A DNA stretch of 46,277 nucleotides, the filler included, from Jimgerdemannia flammicorona (lineage: Eukaryota), in the NCBI GenBank assembly GCA_003990765.1. It is 2 parts of 2 records of this genome, joined end to end, with 100 filler letters (N's around TTAATTAATTAA, not from the genome) between each part and the next. Parts side by side here need not be neighbours in the genome. Positions count along the whole stretch, not along the records: positions 1 to 23,089 come from RBNJ01001160.1; 1 more part is not named here. One strand, written 5' to 3'. Every line of letters begins with the position of its first letter. Position 1 is the first letter of the stretch. Both the position numbers and the translations under genes were made by a program. The notes below the pieces were generated by a model. The model had not been told where the DNA came from. It did not search any database and saw nothing but the letters and a program-made list of their open reading frames with translations. Positions 1 to 11,799 of this stretch are shown here, piece after piece.

Positions 1-69
1 TTTTTTTATAGTCCCTTGGACTCTGTCTTTATTACCAGTCTATGAATAATTATATAATATCACCACCCA

Positions 70-1374
70 TTAACCGATCCCCATCGGGGGGCCCCACCCC
101 ACCTCTTCATGTATAAAGACCACCCTCTCGCCAACAACTCCAACTCTCCCACCACTCTGACCACAGATTTTCAATACTAAGCGGCGCCGCCGACCCCCCT
201 GCAGCCCCCAACCAAGCCACCAGCCTGTCAAGGTATCCTCCATAAGGAACTGCCACCTTGCTAACTGGCTCCCCAAGCTCAGTCACTTTTCCTCCTTAAA
301 TACAAATAGCCAGTGGCCGGCCAGCCCAACCCAAATAGCCAACGCCCAGCCTAACATAATCCACTCATCCCCTACCCCTCCTATCAATCGATCCCTCAGG
401 TCCTCCCACCTCCCCCGTACATCATCACCCCTACGCCTTACCCCCAAGTGGTCCCCAATGGCCTGCCAAAAGTCTCCCAACACCTCACACTCCCCTAGCC
501 AATGTTCTGGCGTCTGTACCAATCCCCCTTCCTGCTCTACATTATGGCACTCCTCGCAGTCAAAGCAGCCCCCGACAACAAGGTGTCCCGAGTGGAAGTT
601 AAGCATCACATTCCTCCTCAGCATACGCCACCAGACTATCCAGTACTTCAGTGGCATCCAATTTTTCACTGCGGCACTCCAGGTCCAAACCCCATGCCAG
701 TCCCACTCCTCACCAATTCCAACTCCTTGCCAACCACTAGGCTACAGATCCTGGCCTGGTCCCCTTTGGCATTCGATGCCATCACCAATGTTGAACTCCA
801 GTAAAGGCATGCCTCCCAGAAGAATGCTATCCCATCTCCACATTGCTGGGCCCCAAGCCCTCTCCCCTTCATCCCCTTGCCAGTGAATACCAATGTGGTG
901 TGCCCCCTCAGCTATACCCCACCAGAAGCCTTTATATCTCAGTTGTGCAATGTTCTGAAGCCCAACTAATGAAAGAAGATCACCAGACATACCTCTAGGT
1001 GATGTCCGCCTCTCCCATATCTTCTGCAGCAAGGGGACCCAGTCCCCTCCATGCAACTCCACCGCTCTCCTCAGCCACCAAGCCCACAGGCAGTGTAGTC
1101 TTTTGGGGAAGTCCACCAACCCAAGACCACCTCTTGCCATCTGTAGGGACAGAGTCTCCCAACCAATCTGACTCCGTCTGCCAGCCCAAATCCATCCCTT
1201 GGCCATCTTCACCAATCTCTTCACCACCCAGGCTGGGAAGTCCAGATGATAGGCCAAATACCACAGCTTCGGCAGCCAGTAAACGTTCAAAATCGAGATT
1301 CTTCCCACCAGAGAGAAGTGTCTACCCCCCCAAACCCACAGGTCCTCCTCTCAAATTCCAATCCTCTGCTCCCA
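70..1374 (-). pseudogene. LINE ORF2 C-terminal part, split by frameshifts/stops, with Cys-rich domain
   Basis: Fragments 742-1308 (WLPKLWYLAYHL, RGGLGLVD), 283-669 (CEEC...HWLGEC) and 70-276. Confidence 0.85.
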
Positions 1375-3726
1375 CTACAGCCTGGGCAAAACAGACCCAT
1401 AGATCGACAAATAGATGCCCAAGTACCGCACCGCCTCTCCAGTGGGGACAATTGTTCCAATAACTTCTCCACCCACCAAGCCATTGCCCAGCACCATTGT
1501 TTCGCACTTGTGCCAATTCAGCTTCGCCCCAGAGTTCTCCTCATACCACTCCACTGTCTTCTGGAGCTCCTCGACATTCGCAGTCACTCCCAAACCAACC
1601 ACCATGTCGTCTGCAAAGGCTCCAACCTTCCAGCCAACTCCATAGATTGAGAGCCCCACAATCCTCCGCCGAATCCTGTCCATTAGAGGTTCCAAGGAAA
1701 GAGCATATAAAATGGGAGACAGTGGGTCCCCCTGTGGCACTCCCCTACCCAGAGAGAAAGCCCCCCCTCGATGCCCATTGCACACGAGCGCAGCCCTACT
1801 CCTTTCTAGTAGGCTGATCATCACTGACCGAAATGGGACCAGAACTCCAATTCTATCCAATACTTTCGCCAGCCAGACTTGCCACACTTGGTCATAAGCC
1901 TTCTCCTGATCCAAGAAGACAAGATGCCCATCTAGTCCACAGGCTCGAGCACCTTCAATAACTCCATGTACCCAGGCCGTGCCATCTCTAATGAGCCGAC
2001 CCCCTATGAAGTCCCTCTGTTCAACACCCACAATTTGCTGGGCCACCTTCTGTAGCCTTGCGACCACCACCTTAGTCACCAACTTCCTGTCCATATCTAG
2101 CAACATTATTGGCCACCAGTTTTTCCAATCCTCTCGCCTTCCCTTGTTCTTATAAAGCAGTGTCACCAGCCCAAGGTCCTGCTCCCCCACCCATCTCCCT
2201 GACTGCAATATAGAGTCACACAGTACTGTCAACTCCCCCAATATGCCCGGGACTCCAACCATTCGCTTCCAGAAGTCCCAGGGGAGGCCATCCTCCCCAG
2301 GCGCCATACCTGAGGCTGTCGTGGCAAGAACCTGGTGGATCTCGTCCTCCTTTACAGGCATCACCAGGTCTCCTAGTCCCTCAGCTTGTGGTGGGTACCA
2401 ATCTTCTAATGTTTGGTCAATGGCTGTAGCATTCACCCCACCCTCCTCCTCACTCCACAGTCCACTCCATCGTGCCTTCAGTATTCCAAGGATGTCCTGT
2501 ACACCATGCACTAGTACATCATCTGAGTCAAGTACCCCTTCCCACCACTGCTGTACCCTTCGCGCTTGAAGTGTTCTTGTGAGAAACTTGGAGGGCCTCT
2601 CTCCTTCCTCCACCCCCTGCCAACGAAGCTGTGCCACCAGGCCTTGCACCCTTGACTCTTCCTCTTCCCGCAGCACCTGTTGCAGTTCCCCAACCTCCAA
2701 CCTCACCCTCGTTATTCTCCAATCCTCTTCTCCCTCCACTGCCGCCAGTCTCGCCCACTCCTCCAGGAGCCTAGCCAATCTAGTAGAAGCCCAGCGCACT
2801 TTCTGCCTTCGCTGCTTCCCAGCCACTCTGCCAACCTCGCTCCAATACATCCTGGCCATCTCTTTCATCCTCATCCACCGAACCCCAATCTCAGCCCCTT
2901 CCTGCTGCCAATTAGCCACCTTCAGCTGAATGTCTTTCGCCCACTCCCCCCACCGGGCCTCATCATCCAACAAGGAGGAATTCAGGCGCCAATGTCCAGG
3001 CCCATCTCTACTTCCCCCAAAACACCCCTGCCCCAAGAGGCCCCAGTGATCTGACCACAGACACCATTCTACCTCTATCACCTTCCAGACATCGTGGCCC
3101 CAACAGTCGGCCATCAGGATCCAGTCAATCCTTGTCCCCAGACCTCTAGCCCAATGCGTATACACCCTCCTGTCTCCCCAGTGCTCCCTACCAGCATCCA
3201 CCAGTGCTCCTAGTCTTTCAACCTCCTCCCATGTTGCTAACCCCCCACTCCTGCTCTCCACGCCCCGTCCTCCATCAGTTCTATCCAGCTGTACATCCCG
3301 AACCATATTGAAATCTCCACCAAGCATATCCAACCCAGCTTCAGCAAGAATCCCACTCTCCAGGAGCCCTTTCACCCAATCTACACACTCCCCCCGCACA
3401 GCGGGGCAGTAACAGGAGCCAACTGTGACCAGCTCCCAACCTGCTCGAATCCAATCACCCCAGACCAGTCTCTCTCCCCAGCTCCTCACTACCTTCATCT
3501 CCCCTCTGCCTTTCTGAACCAGAATCCCAACCTTGCTGTTCCAAATTGCCATACCACCCCATTCCTTAGTCCATTCCATCCTATCAGCGTCATCCTCGCA
3601 CCTGACATCCTGTAAGAGGAAGAGATCGGCCTCCAATCCCTTCAACCAAATAAAAATGTTCCTGCATCTAACTGCGCCCCTTAGCCCATTCACATTCAAA
3701 GAAAAAATGTTGGTTGTACTGTTCAT
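1375..3726 (-). CDS. LINE ORF2: apurinic-like endonuclease + reverse transcriptase (N-terminal ~780 aa)
   Basis: APE motifs SLNVNGL, GGDFN, RIDWIL, SDH; RT motifs APGEDGLP, FLDQEKAYD, GVPQGDPLSP, AFADD, YLGI. Confidence 0.95.
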   Translation of the reverse strand: MNSTTNIFSLNVNGLRGAVRCRNIFIWLKGLEADLFLLQDVRCEDDADRMEWTKEWGGMAIWNSKVGILVQKGRGEMKVVRSWGERLVWGDWIRAGWELVTVGSCYCPAVRGECVDWVKGLLESGILAEAGLDMLGGDFNMVRDVQLDRTDGGRGVESRSGGLATWEEVERLGALVDAGREHWGDRRVYTHWARGLGTRIDWILMADCWGHDVWKVIEVEWCLWSDHWGLLGQGCFGGSRDGPGHWRLNSSLLDDEARWGEWAKDIQLKVANWQQEGAEIGVRWMRMKEMARMYWSEVGRVAGKQRRQKVRWASTRLARLLEEWARLAAVEGEEDWRITRVRLEVGELQQVLREEEESRVQGLVAQLRWQGVEEGERPSKFLTRTLQARRVQQWWEGVLDSDDVLVHGVQDILGILKARWSGLWSEEEGGVNATAIDQTLEDWYPPQAEGLGDLVMPVKEDEIHQVLATTASGMAPGEDGLPWDFWKRMVGVPGILGELTVLCDSILQSGRWVGEQDLGLVTLLYKNKGRREDWKNWWPIMLLDMDRKLVTKVVVARLQKVAQQIVGVEQRDFIGGRLIRDGTAWVHGVIEGARACGLDGHLVFLDQEKAYDQVWQVWLAKVLDRIGVLVPFRSVMISLLERSRAALVCNGHRGGAFSLGRGVPQGDPLSPILYALSLEPLMDRIRRRIVGLSIYGVGWKVGAFADDMVVGLGVTANVEELQKTVEWYEENSGAKLNWHKCETMVLGNGLVGGEVIGTIVPTGEAVRYLGIYLSIYGSVLPRL

Positions 3727-3756
3727 AATAAAATACGGTTTGTTCTCAATCAATCC

Positions 3757-5762
3757 CTACTGCTCCATGCCCCTCTCCTCCTGTGCCGTGTCCAGATTAT
3801 ATTCAGCCATCACCTCCTCCTCTTCAGCCCTCTGAGCCTCCAGTCCAGCCAACAGCTCCTTCATCTCCTCATCAGCCTTCTCCTCAAACTCCTCTCAGTA
3901 CTCAATGCAAGCCTCCTGCCAAAGCTGCAAACCATGATGCCTGTTCCAACAGTACTCCGCTTTCTCCCCAGCAACCACTGTCAACTCTGCCTCTCTCTCC
4001 TTATCCACCTCATACCCTTCCTCCTCCAGATATACCGCGAGAATTTCTGCCTTCAACGCCATCACCACTCCTTCCCCCTGCAAAATCCTCGACCAGTGCT
4101 CATCACCCATCCCACGCAAGTCCACCTCCCCCAGCTCTTCTGTCGCCAGGTTATTCATCATCCTGCACATCCAAAGTAGGTTCCCCACTTCCTTTCCACC
4201 AGGGGTCACTGGCCTCCCTCCATCCAGCATCGTGGTGTCTGCTCCCACACTTGCGTCCTCATCCCACACCTCTGGGACATCCACCAGCTCCTCCTCCCCT
4301 GCTGCCACTACTTGGTCCCCCTCCAACATCTCCAGAATGCTGAATTTCACCTGCTGGGTCCCCAGCATTGTCACATCCTTCCCAGGCTTGTTCCTGGAAG
4401 CCGGGCCATGCCTGATAAGAGGGGAAGGGGTGGGGGAGTTCTCCCAGACTTCATCCCAAACTTCCAAGGTGCCGTCAGCATATAGGTCACTACTCTCCAC
4501 CTCCTTAGCCTTCCCTGACCCTGCCCCTTCGTTCCCACTCCTCTCACCAGCCCAGACACTCGCCCCGGCCCCTTCTGCACCCATCTTCCTGCTCGCATCC
4601 TTCTGTGGTCCACCCCCCAGCTTAGCCAGCAGATCCTTCTGCCTCTTCCGCCCCTGAGCCCTTTCCCACTGTACCTTGTCCACTCGAATCCTCTTTCCAT
4701 CTACTACCTCCAGGAGCGTCGACTCCTTGAAAGTCTTCCAGGCCTTAGCTCGCCATTCCACAGCCCCATCCAGCTCCTCTAGCGCTTCCAATAAGTCTTC
4801 CTCCTCTTCTTCACTTCCTTTCACCTGTGTCACCTTGTACAAGAAAGCCCCCCAGACCAACACTGAAGGCCAGTCCCTCGTCTTCCCAGTAGCCTCTTTC
4901 CTAGCCAGCCGAATCCTCACATCCACATCCCCAGTCCTGAGCATGGTCCCTTCCCAGACCCTGAATCTAATATCCACCACCTCTCCATATTCCGCCATGA
5001 CATCTTCCACTCTCTTCCTCGTCTCCATCGCCGTCACCGTGGGTACTCCTTTCACCAGCAGTTGGACCACCCTCAGATCCCATTTTAAGCACCTCGCCAT
5101 CGGAACACATACCTCCCCAATCACTAACCCAACTTTCAGCGCCTCCTCCAGTGGTTCAACCTCCTCGAATCCCAACTCCACCCCCTCCAGTCCCTTCAGA
5201 AACTTCACCGAAGCCACTCCTGCCACCTGCTTAGCAATAAGCCCCAACACCATTTTTGCTGTCACTGCTAAGCCCCGGAAGCACAGCGTGACTGTGAACG
5301 CCGAGATCGACTTCTTGAGTAATGGAGCCACCACCAGTTCTGTTACACCATCCGCCAGGTCCCCGGGCCTCATGCCCTTCCCACTGCTCAGCTCACCATC
5401 AGCAGTCCCATCTAGATTTTTTTCTAGATCACCCGTCACACCCCCATCAGCAGTCCCCGCCCCAGCTGCTACCCCCCCAGTTCCACTCCTATGGCCCTTC
5501 AGAGAGGCACCCCCAAGAGGTTGCTGTCTGGAAGCTGCCACCAGTGCCTTCCCCCCTCTCAGCCAGCTCTCCCTTCACCTTCTCTGCAAAGCTCACCCTG
5601 CTAGACCCTTGACCTCTAGCTCCACCCTCTTCCACTGCAGCCCCCTGCCAGCAGGCCCCTCATACTTCCCCCCAAGCCGGGGCCTCTCCCCACTTGCTGC
5701 CATTCAAATGCTCCAGGGCCACCCTGCCCAGTACGCACCTCCGGATGCTCGTTGGTTGCCAT
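3757..5762 (-). pseudogene. LINE ORF1 protein (RRM-like Tx1 ORF1), lightly disrupted
   Basis: 548-aa ORF 3895-5541. ATG at 5762 joins through one frameshift in the G-run near 5670 (SFAEKVK motif upstream of the called ORF). TGA at 3895 reads through in frame to MEQ* at 3757, matching MEY* in the copy at 42517. Confidence 0.85.
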
Positions 5763-5859
5763 GATACTAGTAGCTTTTCTCCAGAAACTGTGTCGAAAGT
5801 ATTGCCAAAGGGTTGTGTAACCTGAATGTTACTGGAGAAAGATGATGATTTCGATAAAG

Positions 5860-6320
5860 TACCTATTCTCTAATCATCAATACTATACTCAGTATATGAG
5901 ACAGATAATACTATCCTATAAGATGATCACTTCATTCTAATATACTACTATATAAATAAACAGAGAAATATAATTCAAGTACTACTCTTTCTAGATGACT
6001 ACTTTATTAGAGATAATATCATCAATAGTAATCTTATTAATAAATACTTAAATAGTATATAAATCTATAAATAGTATAGTAACTATTAATATAGTTAAAT
6101 TGAATAGTATTATATAACTGTATTCTGACTTATTAGTTAGAGATTTCTAGATTTATACTATATGACTGCATTCTGACTTATTAAATATTAAAATACTAAC
6201 TCATATTTAGTCTATTCTAGATAGTCTCTCATTAATATAAATACCCCCTCCCCAGACCTCAGAAACTGAGATAAGAAACAGATGAGTAATTTTCTACACT
6301 AATATTCCTTTATACATTAC
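5860..6320 (+). repeat. Putative LTR of a Ty3/Gypsy element
   Basis: 5881-6097 aligns by eye to ~22652-22872, mostly with transition differences; TATAAATA at ~6236; lies upstream of a gag remnant. Confidence 0.5.
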
Positions 6321-7399
6321 TCCTAGTAGTGGATAAATCTATTTAAAACCCATAAATTACTATTATGAAAATCTGTACTATATTAGATTCTACTCCTAAC
6401 TAATCTAAGAAATTTTCTAATTGAATATTATCTATAGTAATATACCAATTCAACTAAGCTGGTCTTAGTTTTTTGAACTTTCTGAAATAATAAAAATTCT
6501 GAACATCTAGAACAAGTTTAAGAAAAGAACTTTAATTGAGACATAAATCTAATCTTGAAATCAATAAGCATAGAGGATGTACTCTATATGAAATTAATCT
6601 TGACTTAAAGAAAACAGTCTTTCAGAATATCTAGAACTTTTAGAAAACCTTCCAGAACTATATAATAGTATCTTAATAAAGTACTCTTATAACTTAGTAG
6701 TAGTAGTTTATAATCTAATTCTACTTTAAGATGCCTTTTCACTTAGTTATAACTTTCTCAGAAATTCCTACAAGTTAGTATAAAGCCCAACTACTGAACT
6801 CTAATTTATCCTGAACTATCAGACAATCTGGAGTGAATTCAACCTAACCTAATATATAAGGACAATTAGACCTCTACACCTACAATAAGTAGGATAAGCT
6901 TTATATAAATAATAAAGTACTCTAATTAAATCTACAGATAGGTAAAAACCTATTTACTAAACTTCTTGCTCTATACTCTACAAGTTATGATGAAGAAGAT
7001 CTTATAGAAGTCTTCTTTACTCTTCTTAATAAGAGTTTTATAAGCTCTAAAAATCCAAGTAACCTATAATAACCAGCAGCTGTCTTCCTAGCTTTAGTAT
7101 CTCACAAAGCTCAAGTCTTAGTAGCTAAGTGGCTTAACTCTACTAATTATTACTAAACCAGAATCAAGACTACTCTATACTACTATTTTTAGAATTATAA
7201 GACTCACTATATTTTTAAAGAAGAAGCTAGAGAAATCCCTTATCAATAATTAGTATCTGAGTCAGAAGCAGACTTAGTCAGAACTCTATCTAAATCAGAA
7301 ACCAAACCAGATCTTAAAGAAGTTTTTAATTTAAGCCCTTCTGAGCTTTGATATATAACTGATACTATTTACTTTAATACTGAACAAACTTAGCTATAA

Positions 7400-8781
7400 T
7401 AAGACTAAAGTGAAGAAAAGAAGGAGTATCTTACTGAATTTGATCTAGGCTATACTGAAAGAGATATAAATATCTCAGAACAAAATATATCTATAGAATA
7501 ACAAATAGTTATCTATTAGACCCTTATATCAGATTTATAATAGTTACTCTAGCAACTCATACAAACTCAAGAAACACCATTACACTCTATATTAGTACCT
7601 TAAATTATATCAGTAATCTCACTATTAGTAGTTCAATATTCTCTGATAAATAATATAGCAGAATAATAAATCTAAAATCTTATAGCCCAGATAGCTATAA
7701 TAGCAACAACTATTACTATCTTAGCTGAACAGATCAGGCAAACTAAAAGCCTGAGTTTATCTACCTTCAATGATACTATACAAGAAGTTCAAAGCTTTAT
7801 TAGTATAGTAGATACCAATTTTAAAGCTAATCAATAGATCAATGAGTAAATTATTAACTGTTTTCTGATCAATAACCAAGACTATACTATTGAACAACTC
7901 TTTGCTATTACTATAACTTATATCTACAGAGTTGTTATATCTTTCTAAGAATCTGCTAAAGAATAGTGATGAACTCTTTCTAAAAAACCTCTTATATCAA
8001 ATACCTGACCTATAGTTATTGCTCAAAATATAGCAAATAATACCTCTAGATATAAAGACCACCCTATAGCTCCTGTACTCAAATAGTTTATAATAGCTTA
8101 ATATCATAATAAAACTCTAATAGCTGAATCTCAAATTAAGCTCTACAATCTCAAATTTAATATATATGATAAAGAAGAATTTGAAACTTCTATACAAAAC
8201 TCAAGTCACTTATAAACACCATTGGCTTAAGATATATTACCAATGATGAAGTATAAAATAGTATAAGAGCAGACTACTTATTTGATGTCCTACCAGAATG
8301 GCTCACTAGCAAGATCTGAGAATAAGGTTACTCAATTAGTTGTAATAACTAACAATAGTATCTGGGTAGAATCAAAACTATAGTTAATTAAATTCTAATA
8401 GCTGGACCAATTATACCTTAAAAGCAATTCTATGGATATAGTAAAGAAAAATCATAGATCAAGAAAGAAGAACCTAAGTATGAACTATCTAAAGTTTCTG
8501 CTATATTCACATTCTAGATACTCAGAAATTCTGAATCTACCCAGCTAAATATCTTCAAGAAGCTTACTAAAGAAGAACAAAATGAACTCAAAAGAAGTAG
8601 AGTATACTTCTATTACTGAAAAACAAGATATATAACTAGTGCTTACTCTAACTAAAAACCCTAAACTACAATATAGATAACTGTCACTACTCTGCACTAC
8701 CTCAACAATCTGAGTATCAAAACACTAGACTTTATCAAGTTAAGAATAACAGCTACTACCCCTACTAAAGGAAGCCAAAAA
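7400..8781 (+). pseudogene. Ty3/Gypsy gag remnant, hypermutated
   Basis: 8605-8646 reads YFYY*KTRYITSAY, which back-mutates by transitions to the CCHC knuckle CFYCRKTGH..SAC. ~7745-7830 (KSLSLSTFNDTIQEVQSFISIVDTNF) resembles the gag start at ~37290-37370 minus. Confidence 0.7.
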
Positions 8782-9814
8782 GTAGCCTGATATATATAAT
8801 CTATATACTATACAGTATCTAACTACAAGATTAAGTAAGTCTATACTAAAATTAGCATATAAATTCTTAAAGAATATGTTGAAAAAATATGTATTATAAT
8901 AGTCTAGTATTGAAAGAACTCTCAGTAAAAGGAGGAGTTATTGATGAGAATTACACAGAGTGAAATTATTATTCTTATTAGGAACTATAGTTGAATACTA
9001 TTTAAGATCTCTATTAGTTACTATATTACTCAGATTCTATTCAAGAAAATCAAATCTACTCTAACTGTCAAAGAAATTTCTGAACTATTATCCACTATCT
9101 GAGAATCCAAAGGATTTAGTTCATCAAACAAAACTTCAGTCCAACCTATTACAACAATTCTACAAGAAAATTAAAGAAGAATTTATACCTAGTAGCTGAT
9201 GCCCAATAATGAAATTATATTCCAATATTATAAAAAATGATGTAATCAAGCTGACATCATCAGATTCATGTCATCAGTAAGGTTACATACTAGAAAACTA
9301 AGAATTTTTGTGAGATCATAATGATTTTGCACTAATTTCAGTTCTTTTTAGCTAGTAATATCATAGTAGTCACACTAGTCTCTGTACTAGTTTAGTATAT
9401 ACTCATACTGACATTACTATGAATATATCTCAGAAATAGACTAAGGATACTAAAAATAGCATGAGACTAAATTAGTCTATAGCTATATTGATATTATAAT
9501 GGTGATCTCAGAATAGTGATATTATTATAAGAGATAGCCTTTTCTTATAAGCTACTAGATCAGAGTATAAGAAGATCATATAGCATGGCTCACTCAGGCT
9601 ACAAGATGAGCAATGATGACCAACTATGAGTCATCATGACCACAAGCTAGACATCTCAAGGAATATAAAAGAAAGACTAAGAATAGTTCAAAGACTCACT
9701 ATAAATAAAATATCTACCACTCACTAAACCTTAAGGTCCAGAAATCACCAAGGTTTCTCAGTTCAAGAAAGGATATTCCAAGATATCAGAAGAGCCATGA
9801 GGACCCACATTAGA

Positions 9815-10273
9815 AGAATTTCTAGCCTCAACCTAGGTACTAGTGATTCTTACCACTTTATCCTCTACTGCTATAAAATGGAAACAAGGATCACTATCAC
9901 TACTGAATGCCTTTAGATGTGGCAGAAATATGAAATAGGAAATCTCCTCTATCAGAAATTCCCTCAGGCCAGTCCTCAAGAGATACAAGATGCCACTCTT
10001 ATAGATGTATACAAATTGAGAGTAGTCAAAAAGATCCATCAGGTCTTCAGATATGTATCTTGGTCAGTTCTCAACTTGGAGTATACTAGAGTCTCAGACT
10101 TCAAGAAATTGTCAGCCTGCCATACAGATACACTAGAGGCTATGGTGGCCACAGAAGTCCAATCCACCATCACTCTCAAAAGTGATGAAGTAGAAGAGTT
10201 TTGGAATCCCATCCTTGAGGACAACCCAGATCAATTTCTACTCAGTATTCTAAGGCCCCAGTATCTAGGTTAG
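9815..10273 (+). pseudogene. Unknown protein remnant (helical; possibly TE accessory ORF)
   Basis: 118-aa ORF 9917-10273 with protein-like composition, extendable upstream through one TAG; no family recognised. Confidence 0.3.
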
Positions 10274-11042
10274 ACCTTCTCAAGATCCCATCTTTGTCTC
10301 CTACTTTGTAGAGGAGAACCTTTTAGATTAGAGAACCTCTGATCTTCTTGCTCTCTCTGTTACTGCTAAATGTGATGACATCATCTCACTAATTGATATA
10401 CATAAAATATATAAAATAGACAAAATGTTCACTGATCTCATTTCCTTTAAAAACATCCTGTCTCTGACCTCTAGTCTTAATGATAGTGATGAAGATGAAA
10501 TCTCCAAGATTCTGAACATTTTGCTCTAAGTTCTTTATATAACTGTTGAAATTATTCTAGCATTCTGATCTTACATAACTGTCAGAAATTATTCCAGCAT
10601 TCTGATCTTATAGATAAGATAAGAAGTATTAATAATATCAAAAATATGAAAACTTTGATAAAAACTACCATTACTATAGTAAGTATAAATATTGTGACAG
10701 TTGATCTGAATTAGTAATATAAAGCAAGAGAATAGATATTTGATCATAGTATCTGAATCTGATTCCCAAATACTCCTGTCCCACATTTACTTTAGCAGAA
10801 AGAGAAAGAGAGAGCCATCAGTGGAAGAGCTGCTATCAATAGATGAACTTACTATTTATCTTATCAGTGACCACATGATCCTGCTGGAGGGTGTGGAGGT
10901 ACTCAACTGATGGAAGGTGGATTATCAGACAGACATTGGGCCAATTTAACCCACTAATATAACCACTGCTCTACCTACTGGGGCATGTAGCTGTGTCAAA
11001 CAGACTTCCCCAGCAGTGGAATTGGTGGTAGCAGTGGAGAGA

Positions 11043-11490
11043 GTATACAAAATTTATGACCCTCTGCCAGCAGCAAGGGGCAGCTCCAAGCTATCAGTGC
11101 CCAGGTTGGTGGGTGGGTCAGTGGGTTGGTATGGAGTTGGTAGAGAGAGCATACAAAATTTGTAGCCCTCTGCTGGCAGCAAGGGGCAGCCCCAAGCTGC
11201 AAGTGTCCAGATTAGGGGAGTTGGCGGAGGGAGTGTACAAAATTTGTGGCCCTCTACCAGTAGTGAGGGGCAGCCCCAAGCTGTCAGCACCCAGGTCAGT
11301 GGGCAGAGTTGGTTGGTGGGGGTTGGTAGACATGGAGTCAGCAGAGAGAGCATACAAAATTTGCAGCCCTCTGCTAGTAGCAAGGGGCAGCCCCAAGCTG
11401 CAAGTATCTGGGACAGACAGGGCAGGCAGAGAGAGCATACAAAATTTACAACCCTCTATTAGTGATATAGGAGCAGCTCCAAGCTGCCAA
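11043..11490. repeat. Array of five ~50-bp conserved units (AAAATTTG..GCCCTC...GGGGCAGCCCCAAGCT) with variable spacers
   Basis: Cores start at about 11049, 11155, 11239, 11356 and 11441. Confidence 0.85.
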
Positions 11491-11504
11491 GGAGTCCAGG
11501 GCAG

Positions 11505-11602
11505 AGAGTACTTCTGGCAGTTGGAGGGTACTTCTGGTAGTCAGAGGGTGCTTCTGGTAGTCAGAGGGCATTTCCAGTAGTCAGAGGGTACTTCTGGTAG
11601 TC
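11505..11602. repeat. 20-bp tandem repeat (CAGAGGGTACTTCTGGTAGT) x~5
   Basis: Directly visible; paralog at ~15695-15790. Confidence 0.85.
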
Positions 11603-11799
11603 AAAGTCCACCACAGATTCAGGTCCTACTGCTGGTTTGGGTCCCATGGGCACCCTGGCCCTGTGCTGTAGCACCATACTGGCAGTACTATAGAGCAGAG
11701 CCAAGGGGCCAGTAGAGCCCTATATAATGGCTAAACTAGTGCTACAGAAAGAGGTGCCCAGCTCAACCCCCAACATAAGACTGCCTAACCTGTACAAAA

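Larger units (their letters stand above)
1..5792 (-). mobile_element. Non-LTR retrotransposon (L1/Tx1 clade), near full-length, relatively young
   Basis: ORF1 followed by APE-RT ORF2; poly(A) seen as T-run at 1-7; short 5'UTR similar to the 5' end of the copy at ~40570; retains many CpGs. Confidence 0.95.

Noticed and set aside
4676..5764. 362-aa plus-strand ORF and other Ser/Pro-rich ORFs in 458-5764 and 40575-46035
   Set aside because: Antisense shadows of purine-rich LINE ORFs; low complexity, no motifs
11043..11490. Confident micro-exon array with GT donors
   Set aside because: Donor positions vary (GTATGC, GTACAC, GCATGC, ACATAC, GCACAC), which fits decay of GCGCGC better than conserved GT; kept only as an alternative hypothesis
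10996..11580. Overlapping ORFs in the repeat array (also 14923-15671)
   Set aside because: Open frames arise from the GC-rich repeat; frames are not conserved between the two copies
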